A stretch of DNA of 64,000 nucleotides from Armatimonadota bacterium (lineage in GTDB: Bacteria; Armatimonadota; Zipacnadia; Zipacnadales; VGFC01), in the NCBI GenBank assembly GCA_016869045.1, contig VGFC01000003.1, forward strand, positions 2,170-66,169, given 5' to 3'. Of the stretch, positions 63,812 through 64,000 are shown one piece after another (position 1 is the stretch's first letter; each line of letters opens with the position of its first letter). The notes beneath the pieces were generated by a model. It did no database searches, had not been told where the DNA came from, and saw only the letters and a program-made list of their open reading frames with translations. A program made the translations under genes and the position numbers.

Positions 63812-64000
63812 CTCAGTTCGCGTTCGGCTCCAGAGAGACGCCGAAGGCCGCCAGGAAGGTCAGCCCCATCACGTACCGGCCCATCGGCGACATGTGGACA
63901 CCGTCCTGCGTCAGGCGGGCCGGGTCTGCGGGGTCGGAGGCTTCCTGGACGAGACGGAACGTCTCGTGCATCGGGATCAGCAGGAGGTCGTGCTCCGTGG
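63812..64000 (-). CDS. Partial (C-terminal end only) SGNH/GDSL-like hydrolase
   Basis: C-terminal ...LTQDGVHMSPMGRYVMGLTFLAAFGVSLEPNAN* contains the DxxH block-V motif of SGNH hydrolases; gene runs off the window end. Confidence 0.35.

Overview
High-GC (~68%) bacterial chromosomal window from a Gram-negative (diderm) organism; LptA/LptC homologs are present. Taxonomy cannot be fixed from sequence alone. The gene content (many secreted glycoside hydrolases, sulfatases, URO-D-family proteins, and FlgD-Ig/T9SS-CTD-like tails on secreted proteins) resembles Armatimonadota, Planctomycetota/Verrucomicrobiota or FCB-group MAGs. Almost all genes are on the minus strand. The window has four blocks. 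(i) 1-18.8 kb: a polysaccharide/glycan degradation block with a Tat sulfatase, MntP, a ~1490-aa CBM-containing glycoside hydrolase, a HicAB toxin-antitoxin pair, a second non-canonical sulfatase-like protein, a URO-D-family protein, GH5, a TolB-like beta-propeller, a DUF4091/GH123-like protein and a 1067-aa glycoside-hydrolase-like protein. (ii) 19-26 kb: two tandem giant subtilisin-like (S8) proteases. (iii) 26-44 kb: a cell-envelope block with a divergent URO-D-like pair, LptA/LptC-like genes, four lipoproteins with carboxypeptidase-regulatory-like domains, a 1017-aa secreted protein, a 1187-aa predicted outer-membrane beta-barrel, CsaB pyruvyltransferase and a multi-TM partner. (iv) 44-64 kb: a housekeeping block with prfB (programmed +1 frameshift site), uppS, frr, pyrH, tsf, rpsB, hisG, a LysE exporter, a class-III aminotransferase, a Gfo/Idh/MocA oxidoreductase, a GH116/GBA2-like protein, an M20 peptidase, thrB and alr. 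Non-genic signals are two clusters of REP/BIME-like palindromic repeats with GTAG heads and compensatory stem variation, a perfect 69-bp palindromic element inserted in-frame in a membrane-protein gene, and several strong hairpins. The most interesting candidate system is the envelope block. A ~330-aa C-terminal module ending in a FlgD-Ig/T9SS-CTD-like domain is shared by both S8 proteases and the unrelated 1017-aa protein. That protein sits next to the giant beta-barrel, which carries internally repeated beta-domains also found in a neighbouring small lipoprotein.
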